The position numbers and the translations under genes are program-made. A stretch of DNA of 62,651 nt, the filler included, from Asterionella formosa (Eukaryota): the NCBI GenBank assembly GCA_002256025.1. It is 2 parts of 2 records of this genome, joined end to end, with 100 filler letters (N's around TTAATTAATTAA, not from the genome) between each part and the next. Parts side by side here need not be neighbours in the genome. Positions count along the whole stretch, not along the records: positions 1 to 31,290 come from NKIB01000722.1; 1 more part is not named here. One strand, given 5' to 3'. Within the stretch, counting starts at the first letter, position 1. Every line of letters begins with the position of its first letter. Under the pieces are notes generated by a model. The model made no database searches, was not told the origin of the DNA, and saw only the letters and a program-made list of their open reading frames with translations. Positions 10,738 to 21,530 of this stretch are shown here, in pieces.

Positions 10738-11892
10738 ATGTCAGAAGTGCCCCCTACTCGTATGAACCAGCAGGTCTTCAAAGGAAAGAAGAAGGCTGCT
10801 GAATCCGGACATCGTTTGTTGAAAAAGAAGGCAGATGCCTTGAAGGTGAGGTTTTTCCGCTGGAGCGTACTTTGGATATTCGGCGACGGAAGCGGCATTG
10901 TTGCAAACTTGGTTGGAATCAAGTGGCTGCGTTTTGCTCTTCTCGGTGCTTTGTCGTACATGGAATATGTACATGCATCGTGGGACCTGGTACCAAGCTC
11001 TCGCATGGGGGCTTTCTAAAAAACTTGTCGCTTCTAGGTCTTTCTCGCTGTATTTCTCTATATTTGATACGGCATCAAGAATGGCGTTACAGTTCAAGTG
11101 GCGTAGAAAGGGCTTGTCTATGATACTCGTATATTCTTACTCCTTTTTCATCCTATTAACAGGTGAAATTCCGTGACTACGCCAAGGCTATTGCGGAAAC
11201 CAAATCTTCCATGGCGAATGATGCATCAAGTGCTTTTTTCTCCATGACGCAGGCTGAGTATGCTGCTGGTAACTTTAAGCAAAAGGTTGCAGAAGGGACT
11301 CTCACTGCAAGATGCCGTGTTGGTGCCGGTGTCGATAATGTGGCCGGTGTTAAACTTCCTGTTTTCAGCAAGTACGAAACCGGGGCCGTTGCTGATAATC
11401 AATCCCTGGGTCTTGTTGGAGGAGGAAAGAAGATTGTTGCTGTCCGAGAGAAGTTTACCGTTCTTTTGGATAACTTGATTAAGCTGGCCTCTTTGCAGAC
11501 ATCCTTTGTCACGTTAGACGAAGCTTTGAAGGTCACCAACCGTCGTGTCAATGCTTTGGAGAATGTAACTATCCCAAAAATTGACGGAGTTTTGGACTAC
11601 ATTTCTCGCGAGCTTGACGAGTTGGAACGTGAGGGTAAGTCTTTGGCGATTTATACATTTTGATTTAGAGAAAAATCTAACAGCTTCTTTGGTTTGCCAT
11701 TTTTCAGATTTTACCCGTCTCAAACTTGTCCAGGGAAAGAAACAAGTAGAAGTCAAGGAACAAGCGAAAATGAAAGAAAAAGAAAATGCGGAAATTCTTG
11801 CCGCAGGAAAGACCATTAGTCGCGGCAAGGAGAACTCACAAGATATCACAGCCCAGTTTGATGCCTCTGACGACGCCGAAGTTGTCTTTTAA
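10738..11892 (+). CDS. ATP6V1D: V-type H+-ATPase subunit D; exons 10738-10845, 11163-11634, 11708-11892
   Basis: PTRM...GHRLLKKKADAL, NVAGVKLP, LASLQTSF...TNRRVNALE...ELDELERE-DFTRLK; GT-AG introns of 317 and 73 nt restore the frame. Confidence 0.95.
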
Positions 11893-12131
11893 ATGGAATG
11901 GAACACGACGAATTAGACATATAGTGTTGTTCTTGTATTCGACTACAACAGTGAATTTATGCTAAATGGGTGAGATACCTAGATACTTACTAGTTAGACT
12001 TTCGTCGTGGTGACACTTGCAGAATCAGTTATGGATGCTGCTACTACTTGAACGACATAGACGTAAGTGCCATCACCTGAGCTTTTATGTTTCACCATTT
12101 CTCGTTTTGTGTACGTGTCCAAACCCTGGTT

Positions 12132-13100
12132 TTAGTTTTCTCCACCGTCCAAATCACTCTTTGAAATGTCACTATTCTCCTTTTCTGTGTTGTTTTTGGT
12201 CTTTCCAGGTTGGGCACTGCCATTTCTCGCCTTCGTCATCTCTTTCTCCCGCAGCATGCGTCTCTCTAGTTGCGCTTTCTTACGTTGTTCATACTCTTCT
12301 TGAAGCTCCGGTGGACGCTCAGGAAATTTAACTGTCTCGTAAGTTTCAAGCTCCCGCTCCAGTCCATTTTTCTCGGACCATTCCTTCTTGACCCAAGGTC
12401 CTACAAGTTGAAGCTTTCCAAACCTTTCCGATGGACGAAAGTTGCTAGTCGCTCGATACTCTTGAAGCTGGCCCATGTATTCATCTCTGAGTTCCCTGGA
12501 AAATGTCGTATAATACTCTCGTTCAGCCTTTGTCATGCTAAATTTCCATACCTTCGAAATCTCCTGAACTACTTTTGTTTGATTGTGAAGCTCGGATGGA
12601 TGATCATGCCTATGTTTGCACGTCATTTGACCAAGAAAAATGAGATATCCCGATGGTGGTGGCTCTGGTGGTGCGCCAGGGAGATCCTTATCTCGTTGAA
12701 TTCTTCGGCGACGCTCACCAGGAATTTTTGGTTTATCCCATCGATCCTCTCCTCTAGTTTCTGGCTGCATGAGTCTCGATCTTCGCTGTAAGAGCCTCTT
12801 TAGCTCGCGAATCCGGTCCCTTTTCTTGTCACCCGTCACCTGAACCACATGATCTGTATTTGAATGTCCGCCTGTCGTCTTCAACACAACCACGTTTCCT
12901 CTAAAGGCAGGATCCAAAACGCTCGATTCTGCCGAAAGACCAACAGGTTCAATCAACTCTCTAACTTCTTGCAAGTCTTTGGCAGCACCCTTGAGAGTGG
13001 CATCGGCTTTCACGAGAAGGCTCTGCACCTTCCGGCTTGTCATATACTTGCTTCTCTTTCGTTTGCGGACGAGTTCAGTGTTTAATTGTTCCAAAGACAT
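12132..13100 (-). CDS. HMG-box protein
   Basis: PPEPPPSGYLIF...VVQEISKVWK.SMTKAEREYY...RDEY HMG-box pattern; first ATG at 13100, an upstream exon is possible. Confidence 0.8.
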   Translation of the reverse strand: MSLEQLNTELVRKRKRSKYMTSRKVQSLLVKADATLKGAAKDLQEVRELIEPVGLSAESSVLDPAFRGNVVVLKTTGGHSNTDHVVQVTGDKKRDRIRELKRLLQRRSRLMQPETRGEDRWDKPKIPGERRRRIQRDKDLPGAPPEPPPSGYLIFLGQMTCKHRHDHPSELHNQTKVVQEISKVWKFSMTKAEREYYTTFSRELRDEYMGQLQEYRATSNFRPSERFGKLQLVGPWVKKEWSEKNGLERELETYETVKFPERPPELQEEYEQRKKAQLERRMLREKEMTKARNGSAQPGKTKNNTEKENSDISKSDLDGGEN

Positions 13101-13823
13101 TCTGCCTTTCTTTCTGTTCAAAGGGGGTGTGAGCCTGAAACTTTGCTGTTAGTGTTCAATGCTGGCCATGCGAGGTTTTCATCAAGGAATGCCATCATGA
13201 CAATCGCCGTTGGTCGAACAGAAAATTGTCGTTCTACAGTATCAGCCACGAGCCAAATATGGAACCGGTAGTACTCCCCTATCCTATAGAGGAAATTACG
13301 ATAGTCCACAACGGCCGTAGACTAAAACAATTAAAATTAAATAAAGCAGGGACGAAGATTGTGATTCGTATACTATTCATGTACACTTATCGGCTACGTA
13401 GCAGTCGATATAATATTGGTTTATCATGTGTGATGATTGATGCTCCCCCTGCTCGCTACATAGAAATTAGATATTCCGTACTGATAAAGGCCTTAACTGT
13501 TTACTTGGCTTTTGTCCTGCTGCCCCCGTAGATTCAGTACCAGTCCTGAACTCTGGGGATGAATAGTGGGGGGCTTAAAAATACCCCTGTGCGTTACCTT
13601 TGTAGTAAAAAACGCAAGCAAAGTATAATAAAATGGAAATACAGTATTGTCATAGACTACCGGTTATATCGTTAGTCAAATCAACAGTCAATGAGTACTG
13701 GTATTGATTTTGTTGAGATCGGCCACACCAAACGAAGTGGCTTGGCAATCAAAGAATTCTAACATTGAGACTTCTTGGCACGCCCTATATTCCTGTATCT
13801 CTTCTATTTGAACTGTTACAACC

Positions 13824-14108
13824 ATGGGAGGACATTACAACCCCGCTGCTGCTCCAAAGGATGATCAAGATATTGAGGCTATCAAAGCCGCACGAGTTCC
13901 GATTGCGAATCGAGACAAGTGCGCTCATCTGCTGATCCCTCTCAACAAGTGCCGTCGCGCGTCGTATTTCAGTCCATATGCGTGCCAGCATGAGCGCCAT
14001 ACCTATGAGCAGTGCCTGCATTATTTGTACCTCACACGAGTGGAAAAGAAGACGCAAGAAACTCGGATTAAGAAAGAGATGCAGGAGGCTGCTGCAAAAG
14101 CAAAATAA
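13824..14108 (+). CDS. NDUFB7: NADH:ubiquinone oxidoreductase subunit B18
   Basis: N-terminal MG; RDKCAHLLIPLNKCR...CQHERHTYEQC twin CX9C signature. Confidence 0.93.
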   Translation: MGGHYNPAAAPKDDQDIEAIKAARVPIANRDKCAHLLIPLNKCRRASYFSPYACQHERHTYEQCLHYLYLTRVEKKTQETRIKKEMQEAAAKAK

Positions 14109-14350
14109 TAAAAGTGAAAGGTTCTGTGTTATTTGAGAGGTCATTTTATATTTTCAACAGGTGAACGCTTGATGGTTGGTATCGTCAATCTGTTGCTAAG
14201 AAAGACTCAAATAATTCCACTTGTTTCATCAAATATGTTGTCGTCTTTATGCATCCATATCTATTCTTGTTGTTTTTCCACTTATGTGTTTGGAATCAGC
14301 CTTGATAGACAAATGAAAATTGTGATTCCTTCCTAACTTTTAAAAGTTGG

Positions 14351-15457
14351 CTATGGCTGTCTATTGCTCGAAGGACTGTTTCCAAATGTCAATTTGACTT
14401 TTTCGGGTAATATCGCGTCGATGACTTCTCGCAATGGCGAAAATGCAACGCTTGCAACAGCAGAGCCTGTCTTTAACAGTCTCCGTCTTCTTTTCCAGAC
14501 CAAATAAATGGAAAGAATTGCCATGGCTAATTGTGAGCGCACTTGCCAGTTTGGACGTTGGAGATTACGCCGAAGGTATTGAAGGAATTTCTCGGCCAAT
14601 CTTTGAGGGAGAGAAGAAAGAGTGAGTTGTGGAGGATATAGCTGAGTCGGGAGATAATTCTTTTCAAGCGTTACTTCAGAAGCTGATTTGATTCCGCGAA
14701 GTGTCGATAGTTGCTGCCTTAACGTCGCTTGGAATTCGGACGATAGGCGCTGTCGAGAGCAAAAGATTTCCAGTCTGGAGAGAATCTCGTTTAGACTTTC
14801 GTGATTAATAATATCTTGATAGGAGTATTCTGATGACAGATACAACCAATCCTCATTATTCGATAAGACTTTGTCCAATAGCTCTGTGACATAACACGGA
14901 TCAGTTGAATGCGGTAACATCTTAATCAATAGTGTCCATGACAAATCTTGAATCAGCTCTGCATCTATCCAATGTTGATCAATTGTGTTGGATAAGATCG
15001 CAGCCGCCATATTGACGGAGTGACTCGTATTGAGCTTTATGGCAAAACAAAACTGAACCCATAAGAGAGCTATTGCAAGTGGCATGTGCCTTTTTTCTTC
15101 ATAGCACTCCATAAATGGGGCTAGATGGTTGATGTTCGGACGAAACTCATAATAGGCTTGCAATGAAAGGCCTGCGGCACGGTCGATTAAATCTAATGGA
15201 TCTGCCATCAATGATATATTCCAATCGTGAGACGGACCAGGTATCCGAAGTTTCCCCTCGAAGGACGATCCATGTGTCTTTGATATCGACGATTCGTCAA
15301 GGATTTCATTCGTCAGCTCCAGAGCCTTTGCAAAATTGCAGAGGACAAATGCATGCTCAGCTGCCGATAACTTTTTGTTGAGCTCGGAAATGTGCTGATC
15401 AAAGTGGACACCTACTGGCACTCGTGACAAGCCAGATTCAGCAACAACTTCCGCCAT
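14351..15457 (-). CDS. Tail-anchored protein, PEX26/APEM9-like peroxin candidate
   Basis: 368-aa ORF; helical N-terminal blocks AEHAFVLCNFAKALEL, AAGLSLQAYYE, MPLAIALLWVQF; C-terminal hydrophobic segment followed by KRRRR. Confidence 0.6.
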   Translation of the reverse strand: MAEVVAESGLSRVPVGVHFDQHISELNKKLSAAEHAFVLCNFAKALELTNEILDESSISKTHGSSFEGKLRIPGPSHDWNISLMADPLDLIDRAAGLSLQAYYEFRPNINHLAPFMECYEEKRHMPLAIALLWVQFCFAIKLNTSHSVNMAAAILSNTIDQHWIDAELIQDLSWTLLIKMLPHSTDPCYVTELLDKVLSNNEDWLYLSSEYSYQDIINHESLNEILSRLEIFCSRQRLSSEFQATLRQQLSTLRGIKSASEVTLEKNYLPTQLYPPQLTLSSLPQRLAEKFLQYLRRNLQRPNWQVRSQLAMAILSIYLVWKRRRRLLKTGSAVASVAFSPLREVIDAILPEKVKLTFGNSPSSNRQP

Positions 15458-15781
15458 GATCGACTTCAGTAATCCACCATTTTGCGAACAATCAGCATAC
15501 CGGTGGTAGCTTGCATTATGTAGCTATGCAAACAATTTAAGAATGTTCAGGTACATATAGTAACTAATATTTATGTACCGTATTTACCCATTATGCAAGG
15601 GAAATTTTTATAGGGTGACGGTAAACACGGTTTATACAAGAGAGATAACACAGTACTCGCGCCTCGAACGCAAACATAATTGAAATGAAGAGGACAAGAT
15701 TTAATAATGATCTGTGGTATACCGGTTCTTTAGAGCATCACAGTTTTATCAATCTCGAGCACTTTGTAATGCTTCAACACC

Positions 15782-17611
15782 ATGAAAACTTGGCGATACA
15801 TTAGCCCTGAGATTCTAAAGGAGGGAGATGACTGGTCAAGGTATTTGATGACGAGCGAAGGGCTAGTTCTGAATCACCTTTTCGCTCTTGTTGTTGATTA
15901 CGAATGGGACCTGGTCCTCAACAGACTTTCTTGTCTCTGGAAGGATCTCATGCCTGCAAATGCTAACATCCAACATTGGTCGGATGAGGATGTTGAAATC
16001 GTGAAAAGTGAACTCAATGGTATCGATCCCGAAACTGGAAATACAATCTTGCATACTGCGATTGACAGCCAAGCACCTTTTGTTGTCATAAAGGCTCTGA
16101 TGCTGCAAAATCCTTTCTCGTCGTTAGGAGATCTTGTCCCTTTTGAAGAATCTTTTGACGCTAGGATTCCACAATGCAGGCCTTTGGCAGCTATAGTCAA
16201 CCACCATGGTGACACAGCTCTTCATCGAGTCACTTTCAACTCGTCAGATGTTCAATTGCTCAAATTGGTCTGCTTGGCCTATCCGCAAGCGTCATTGACG
16301 AAGAATAATGATGAATCTCCACCTGCATTTTATGCTTGCTCTATGGATTCTCCCCTTCGTGCCATCTCAGAAATACTTGAAGGATCCACTACAGGAAGTG
16401 AAGAAATCGATGGGTCGATTGACTCTAGCAGTCTCGACAGTGCAAATGACCAAGGTACCGAGGAAAAAACGAAGGTGCATCGCCTACAAGGAAAAGTGCT
16501 TTTCAATATGCTGAAGAAATGCCCTATGTTTGATTTTATGGAATCTAAAGACTCGAAGCGTCCATTTCGTCTATTGTCTGTATTTCTCGATGTGTGTCCC
16601 AGAGAAGCGCTTCGCATGACAGACGCCTTCAACTGCACCCTCCATCACTTTGGTCTGTTGAAATCTATTGATGATGAGGGACTTGCACTTCTATGTCAGA
16701 TATACCCAGAGGGTTGTCAGGTGCAAAACAAATTTGGGTGCACACCCTTACAAGCTGCAGTACGCATGAAAACCACATTTCATCAAATCAAAATGCTCGT
16801 GAACTGCTTTCCCAATGCGTGCTCATTACCCAACAATTTGTACTACTTGCCACTTGGGAGAGCTGCTCAGAACAAAATGTCAATGGAAGTCATGGAGTTC
16901 TTGCTAGATATGTTTCCTTTAGCTCCTCTCTTTGCAAACAAAAAGGGCTTAAACTCCTTTGACCTTCTAGACATTGCATATGATGCCCCCAAGACTTTTG
17001 CACCAGTCATTCAAGATCCCATGAGCGACTCAATGTCCGAAGAATTTCACGATTGGTGGGATCGTGCAACTCTCATGATGAAATATATTGCCATGACACG
17101 TGATCCCCAGAAGCTTTTTCGGCCCTTACATGCCATCATGTCCATGGAAGTAACAAAGACGATGCTCAATGTTGGTTTATGGTACTATCCCTTGCATTTG
17201 AGGGAGGTGGACGAAGATGGACGCTTTCCGCTTCATATTGCATGTGCCGCCAAAAATGTTGTTTACGGTCATGGTATTGATCCGGTGGAAGAAGTGGTAG
17301 TAGTAGATGACAATGCTGAACACATTGTTGTTTCATTGATGCGAATTTACCCAGATCCAGTTCGACATGTCGATAATACCAGGTGTTTGCCTCTTCACTT
17401 GGCTATCAAAAGTGGCCTCATTCTGGAATACCCAGAAGTTATGGAGAGTCTTTTGGTGGCTGCACCCTCCAGTATTGATGTTGCAGATGGGGAGACGAAT
17501 TTGTTTCCCTTTCAATCAGTGGCATCTCTGCAAGAATGCAAAGATGAGCATGCTCAACTACAAGCTATATATCGGTTACTCCGGGCATCACCATGGCTAG
17601 TAAATGCTTAA
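15782..17611 (+). CDS. Ankyrin-repeat-like protein (diatom-expanded type)
   Basis: Repeated GNTILHTA, GDTALH, GCTPLQAA, GRFPLHIAC, LPLHLAI, LFPFQ motifs in a 609-aa ORF. Confidence 0.85.
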   Translation: MKTWRYISPEILKEGDDWSRYLMTSEGLVLNHLFALVVDYEWDLVLNRLSCLWKDLMPANANIQHWSDEDVEIVKSELNGIDPETGNTILHTAIDSQAPFVVIKALMLQNPFSSLGDLVPFEESFDARIPQCRPLAAIVNHHGDTALHRVTFNSSDVQLLKLVCLAYPQASLTKNNDESPPAFYACSMDSPLRAISEILEGSTTGSEEIDGSIDSSSLDSANDQGTEEKTKVHRLQGKVLFNMLKKCPMFDFMESKDSKRPFRLLSVFLDVCPREALRMTDAFNCTLHHFGLLKSIDDEGLALLCQIYPEGCQVQNKFGCTPLQAAVRMKTTFHQIKMLVNCFPNACSLPNNLYYLPLGRAAQNKMSMEVMEFLLDMFPLAPLFANKKGLNSFDLLDIAYDAPKTFAPVIQDPMSDSMSEEFHDWWDRATLMMKYIAMTRDPQKLFRPLHAIMSMEVTKTMLNVGLWYYPLHLREVDEDGRFPLHIACAAKNVVYGHGIDPVEEVVVVDDNAEHIVVSLMRIYPDPVRHVDNTRCLPLHLAIKSGLILEYPEVMESLLVAAPSSIDVADGETNLFPFQSVASLQECKDEHAQLQAIYRLLRASPWLVNA

Positions 17612-18234
17612 AGCCTTTGGTTTTGTTGTCAATCATTCCATCATTAGGCAAGTTTCTTCATTGTTCATCTGTATGTTGCATGTTGCATGACTTTGAATGA
17701 TGAGCCATTGTTGAAATAGTTGATACATGAACTGTATGTTGTATATTGCATGGATTTCAATGATGAGCCAATTTTAGAATAGATGATACATGAAATTCTT
17801 AGCTGTCTATAACACTTGCCTAACCACACTGCTCCTTTAATTTCCATGGTACATAGATCTTGATCCTTTGTTTTATCTTATGGCTGCCGTTCTGTGCAAG
17901 GTGCACGAGATAGACAAGCAAACACGGTACCAGGTACCCGGTACCGAAATGCTGGTATCTATGGACGTCTCCCTATGTACCGGCATGTGATAAGTATAAG
18001 AAGCCGGGTACGTATCTTAGAGCATACTGCCTTCATAACCTAATAACGATTCGTACCATTCATTTCTGACTTATGCGTGCAACCAAAAAGCGCCATAATG
18101 TTGTAGTAAAATTTGTATTTGTTGATGTTGGTATCATCGGAAGAAGCAGGGCTATGCTGAATCAAACAATACAAAATCCCTTCCAAAGGAAACTCGTTTA
18201 ACACTAGTGTGCTGTCATTGTTTCGACCAGCATC

Positions 18235-20664
18235 ATGGCTGCCAAAGGCAAGAAAAAGGCCACCCCCAAGGTGGAGGACATTCCCGAACTCTCTGTTTCC
18301 TCGGAAGAAGACGACGAAGGGGAAGAAAGCGACGACGACGACGACGAAGAAGAACATGATTCTGTCTACGATTCCGAAGTCCATTCATACGACGACGACT
18401 CGGAAGCAGAGGAATACAACTTTGAAGATCAGGGATCTTCAGATGAGGACGAAGAGTTGCTAGAGAAGCAGCGCGATGGCGATGATTCCTCCGAAGGGTC
18501 AGTTGAAATTCTCGACGAGATCCAAGATTACGAGACCGCACCTCGTAAATGGAAGCGCAGTGTCACTGACGCTCCAAAACAGTTGAAAGTTCAGAAAGAA
18601 GATCCGAAGAAGGCTCTCTGGATGCACACAGACGATCTCTCGAGTGATGACGAAGATGCCGAAGGTGTGCACAATCGCATAGGGAAAGTGCCCCTTCACT
18701 GGTACGACGAATACGAACACATTGGATACGACGGTCATGGTTCGAAGGTGATGAAGTCCACTGCTGGTGGTGATCGTATTGACAACGCCATTCAGAATGC
18801 TGACAATAAGGGAAAGAAGTTTGTTGTACACGATGCTCTTAATGATAAGGAGGTTGAATTGACTGAGCGTCAGCTTGAACTGATCCGTCGCGTACAAGCC
18901 GGTGCATTCGCCCATCCAGAGTTTGATGCTAACCCTGACTATATTGACTATGTCAGCGGAATCGACAAGGAGATATCTGGCCTTAGTAGCAACAGAATTG
19001 AACCAAAATCGCGTTTCCAGCCGTCGAGGTGGGAGCGTCTGCAGGTACAACGCTTATTGGAAAAGTTAAAGGAGGGGAAGATCAACATGGATTACTTGAC
19101 GGGGAAGATCCGTGACATGCGTGACGCGAAGAATAAGGAAGACCCCAATGCTCCCTTCATACTCTGGAAGGGCGACGAAGAAGACGAACTTGCGCTACGA
19201 AAGGGACCTCAGCACTTGGCTGCTCCCAAACTTCCTCCACCCGGACATGCAGAATCATACATTCCTCCCGACGAGTACCTTCCAACAGAGGAAGACCTGA
19301 AGGAATGGGAAGATTTGGATCCAAAGGATCGCCCTCATGGTTTGCTGGTTCCAAAGAAGCATAAAAATCTTCGATCGGTTGGAGCTTACGAGTTCTCTGT
19401 TCGTGAAGCATTTGAGCGATGTTTGGACCTTTATTTGTGTCCTCGAATAATGAAGCGCCGCTTGAATATCGACCCAGAGAGTTTGGTACCAAAGCTCCCC
19501 AAAGCAAGCGACTTGCGCCCCTTTCCAACTGCGAAGTGTGTCGAGTATAAGACGCCCTACGAAGGTGAGCAAGCACCAATTGTTCGATCGGTTACACCAA
19601 GCCCCGACGGACAGTTTATGGCCAGCGGCGCTTCCGATGGGATCGTTAGACTTTGGGAGGTCCAGACTGGACGTCTATTGCAATCATGGAATGTTGCCAA
19701 AATCGTCTCTGCCTTTGACAGTGAAGGTGAAGACGGCAGCATCGCCAAGGCAGTTGTTGCTGTCGAATGGAACCCCAACAAGCAGCATCATTGCCTAATC
19801 GCAGCCGTGGGCAAATGTATTGTGCTTATTGCTACAGGAACTGGTGACGCACTGACTTCTGAAATCACAGAAGCTCTGCTCTCGAATGCTCGCACGGGTG
19901 GCAATGTGACCAATACCAAGGCTCAAAAGGCTGTCGAATGGAAGGTGCTGGAGTCCAACGAGACACCTCTCAGTTCGTTGGCAAGTCGATCAGGGCCTGT
20001 CGCAGCGCTTGTCGCGTCCAAGGAAATTGCTTCGGTTCGCTGGCATCGTAAGGGCGACTATTTTGTAAGTATTGCTCCCAAGGCTGGAGCATCTGCCGTG
20101 CTGATTCATCAACTATCAAAAGGCAACTCCCAGCAACCCTTCTCCAAGGCCAAGGGCGAACCACAGTTGGCGTGCTTCCACCCCAGCAAGCCTTTCCTTT
20201 TTGTTGCATCCACTCAGCATATTCGTGTTTACCATCTTGTCAAGCAAACTATGGTAAAACGTCTTTTGAGTGGCTGCCGACACATATCCAGCATCGACGT
20301 ACATTCGTCTGGTGATCATTTGATTGTTGGTTCGTTGGACCGCCGCATGATTTGGTTCGATCTCGATCTAAGCCATACGCCGTACAAGACTCTTAAGTAC
20401 CATGAACGAGCCCTTCGTGGTGTGACCTTTTCTAACCGTTACCCACTTATGGCATCTTGCTCGGACGATGGTGTTGTTCATGTCTTTCATGCCATGGTGT
20501 ACACAGATTTGATGCGCAACCCCATGTTGATCCCAGTAAAGATATTGAAAGGTCACAGTGTCACCAATAAACTGGGTGTACTGACTATCAAGTTTCATCC
20601 AACCCAACCCTGGTTATTTACTGGAGGAGCCGATGGCCGAATCTTTCTCTACCAAGACATCTAA
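18235..20664 (+). CDS. BOP1: Ribosome biogenesis protein BOP1/Erb1
   Basis: Acidic N-terminus, NRIGKVPLHWY, PPPGHAESYIPPDEYL, FERCLDLYLCPR, WD40 repeats ending FHPTQPWLFTGGADG. Confidence 0.97.
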   Translation: MAAKGKKKATPKVEDIPELSVSSEEDDEGEESDDDDDEEEHDSVYDSEVHSYDDDSEAEEYNFEDQGSSDEDEELLEKQRDGDDSSEGSVEILDEIQDYETAPRKWKRSVTDAPKQLKVQKEDPKKALWMHTDDLSSDDEDAEGVHNRIGKVPLHWYDEYEHIGYDGHGSKVMKSTAGGDRIDNAIQNADNKGKKFVVHDALNDKEVELTERQLELIRRVQAGAFAHPEFDANPDYIDYVSGIDKEISGLSSNRIEPKSRFQPSRWERLQVQRLLEKLKEGKINMDYLTGKIRDMRDAKNKEDPNAPFILWKGDEEDELALRKGPQHLAAPKLPPPGHAESYIPPDEYLPTEEDLKEWEDLDPKDRPHGLLVPKKHKNLRSVGAYEFSVREAFERCLDLYLCPRIMKRRLNIDPESLVPKLPKASDLRPFPTAKCVEYKTPYEGEQAPIVRSVTPSPDGQFMASGASDGIVRLWEVQTGRLLQSWNVAKIVSAFDSEGEDGSIAKAVVAVEWNPNKQHHCLIAAVGKCIVLIATGTGDALTSEITEALLSNARTGGNVTNTKAQKAVEWKVLESNETPLSSLASRSGPVAALVASKEIASVRWHRKGDYFVSIAPKAGASAVLIHQLSKGNSQQPFSKAKGEPQLACFHPSKPFLFVASTQHIRVYHLVKQTMVKRLLSGCRHISSIDVHSSGDHLIVGSLDRRMIWFDLDLSHTPYKTLKYHERALRGVTFSNRYPLMASCSDDGVVHVFHAMVYTDLMRNPMLIPVKILKGHSVTNKLGVLTIKFHPTQPWLFTGGADGRIFLYQDI

Positions 20665-20849
20665 AAGAATGCATCTGAGTAAAACGAAACAGTAACTATT
20701 GAAAACTTCACTTATTAAAACTGTTGAAAGCTGTTAAATTTTTTGGAACAACACCGAGAATTAAAAGTTGTTCGTAGACACAAAACATACTGCATTTAGA
20801 TTTTGCCTTGCCGTTCGAGTATAGTTCCCCGCCTTGCTGTAAGGTGATT

Positions 20850-21530
20850 TCAAAGCACTGGCGTGCAAGTCTTGAATTTCCTGGCATTGATGGGCATGAT
20901 ATCATTTCCAAGGTCAAGTGCTTTCTTTCGGTGGAGAACTTCCGACCAGAGCTCTATGGTGATAGATTTGGGAACGAAAGGCAACGATTCAGTCATTATG
21001 AGCAGCTCACTTGACTGCTAATATTGCAAACAAGCATAAAAGTACTCACCTTCTGGATTGGGCCGGTTCGCCCCGCCCATTGCATTCTCTTCCGTGACTG
21101 TTGTCTCCCAGTGGCACACAAGGTTACCATGATGAGCGTAAATGACAAAGGCAGGCTGCACCACTCCGTTTGGATATCCCTCCGTCAAATTGAGATCTTC
21201 CTTGGGAGTCGTGATTAGATTGGGCAAGATTTCCTCCTCCTGGAGGTAGTTCGCCAGAGCGCAGGTCTCGTCACCAATCACTTGCTTGTACTGGTCCAAA
21301 CCCCAGGCGGCCTTGGCCTTGTCAGCCCCCGCTTGGCCTTCACTTGTCCATGCAACTAGGTAGGCATTCGGGGGGAGGTCATCAGTAGCCAGCTTCTCCA
21401 AGTAGTGCGCATCATATTCGCACCAGGAGCCGCGAAAGATAACGATGCAGACGATGGCTTGGTCGTTGGTGCCATTAAGTTCCGCGATCCACTGTTCTGG
21501 ATCAGACACAAACAATGGAATTTCCGACAT
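20850..21530 (-). CDS. AhpC/TSA-like (thioredoxin-fold) protein; exons 21530-21050 and 20953-20850
   Basis: IVIFRGSWCEYD, GVVQPAFVI, GGANRP; GTGAGT donor and CATAG acceptor (96-nt intron) give in-frame ELWSEVL...PVL*. Confidence 0.75.

Noticed and set aside
17683..17795. 63-bp imperfect duplication containing ATGATGA
   Set aside because: No matching D box or terminal stem; not supportable as a snoRNA.
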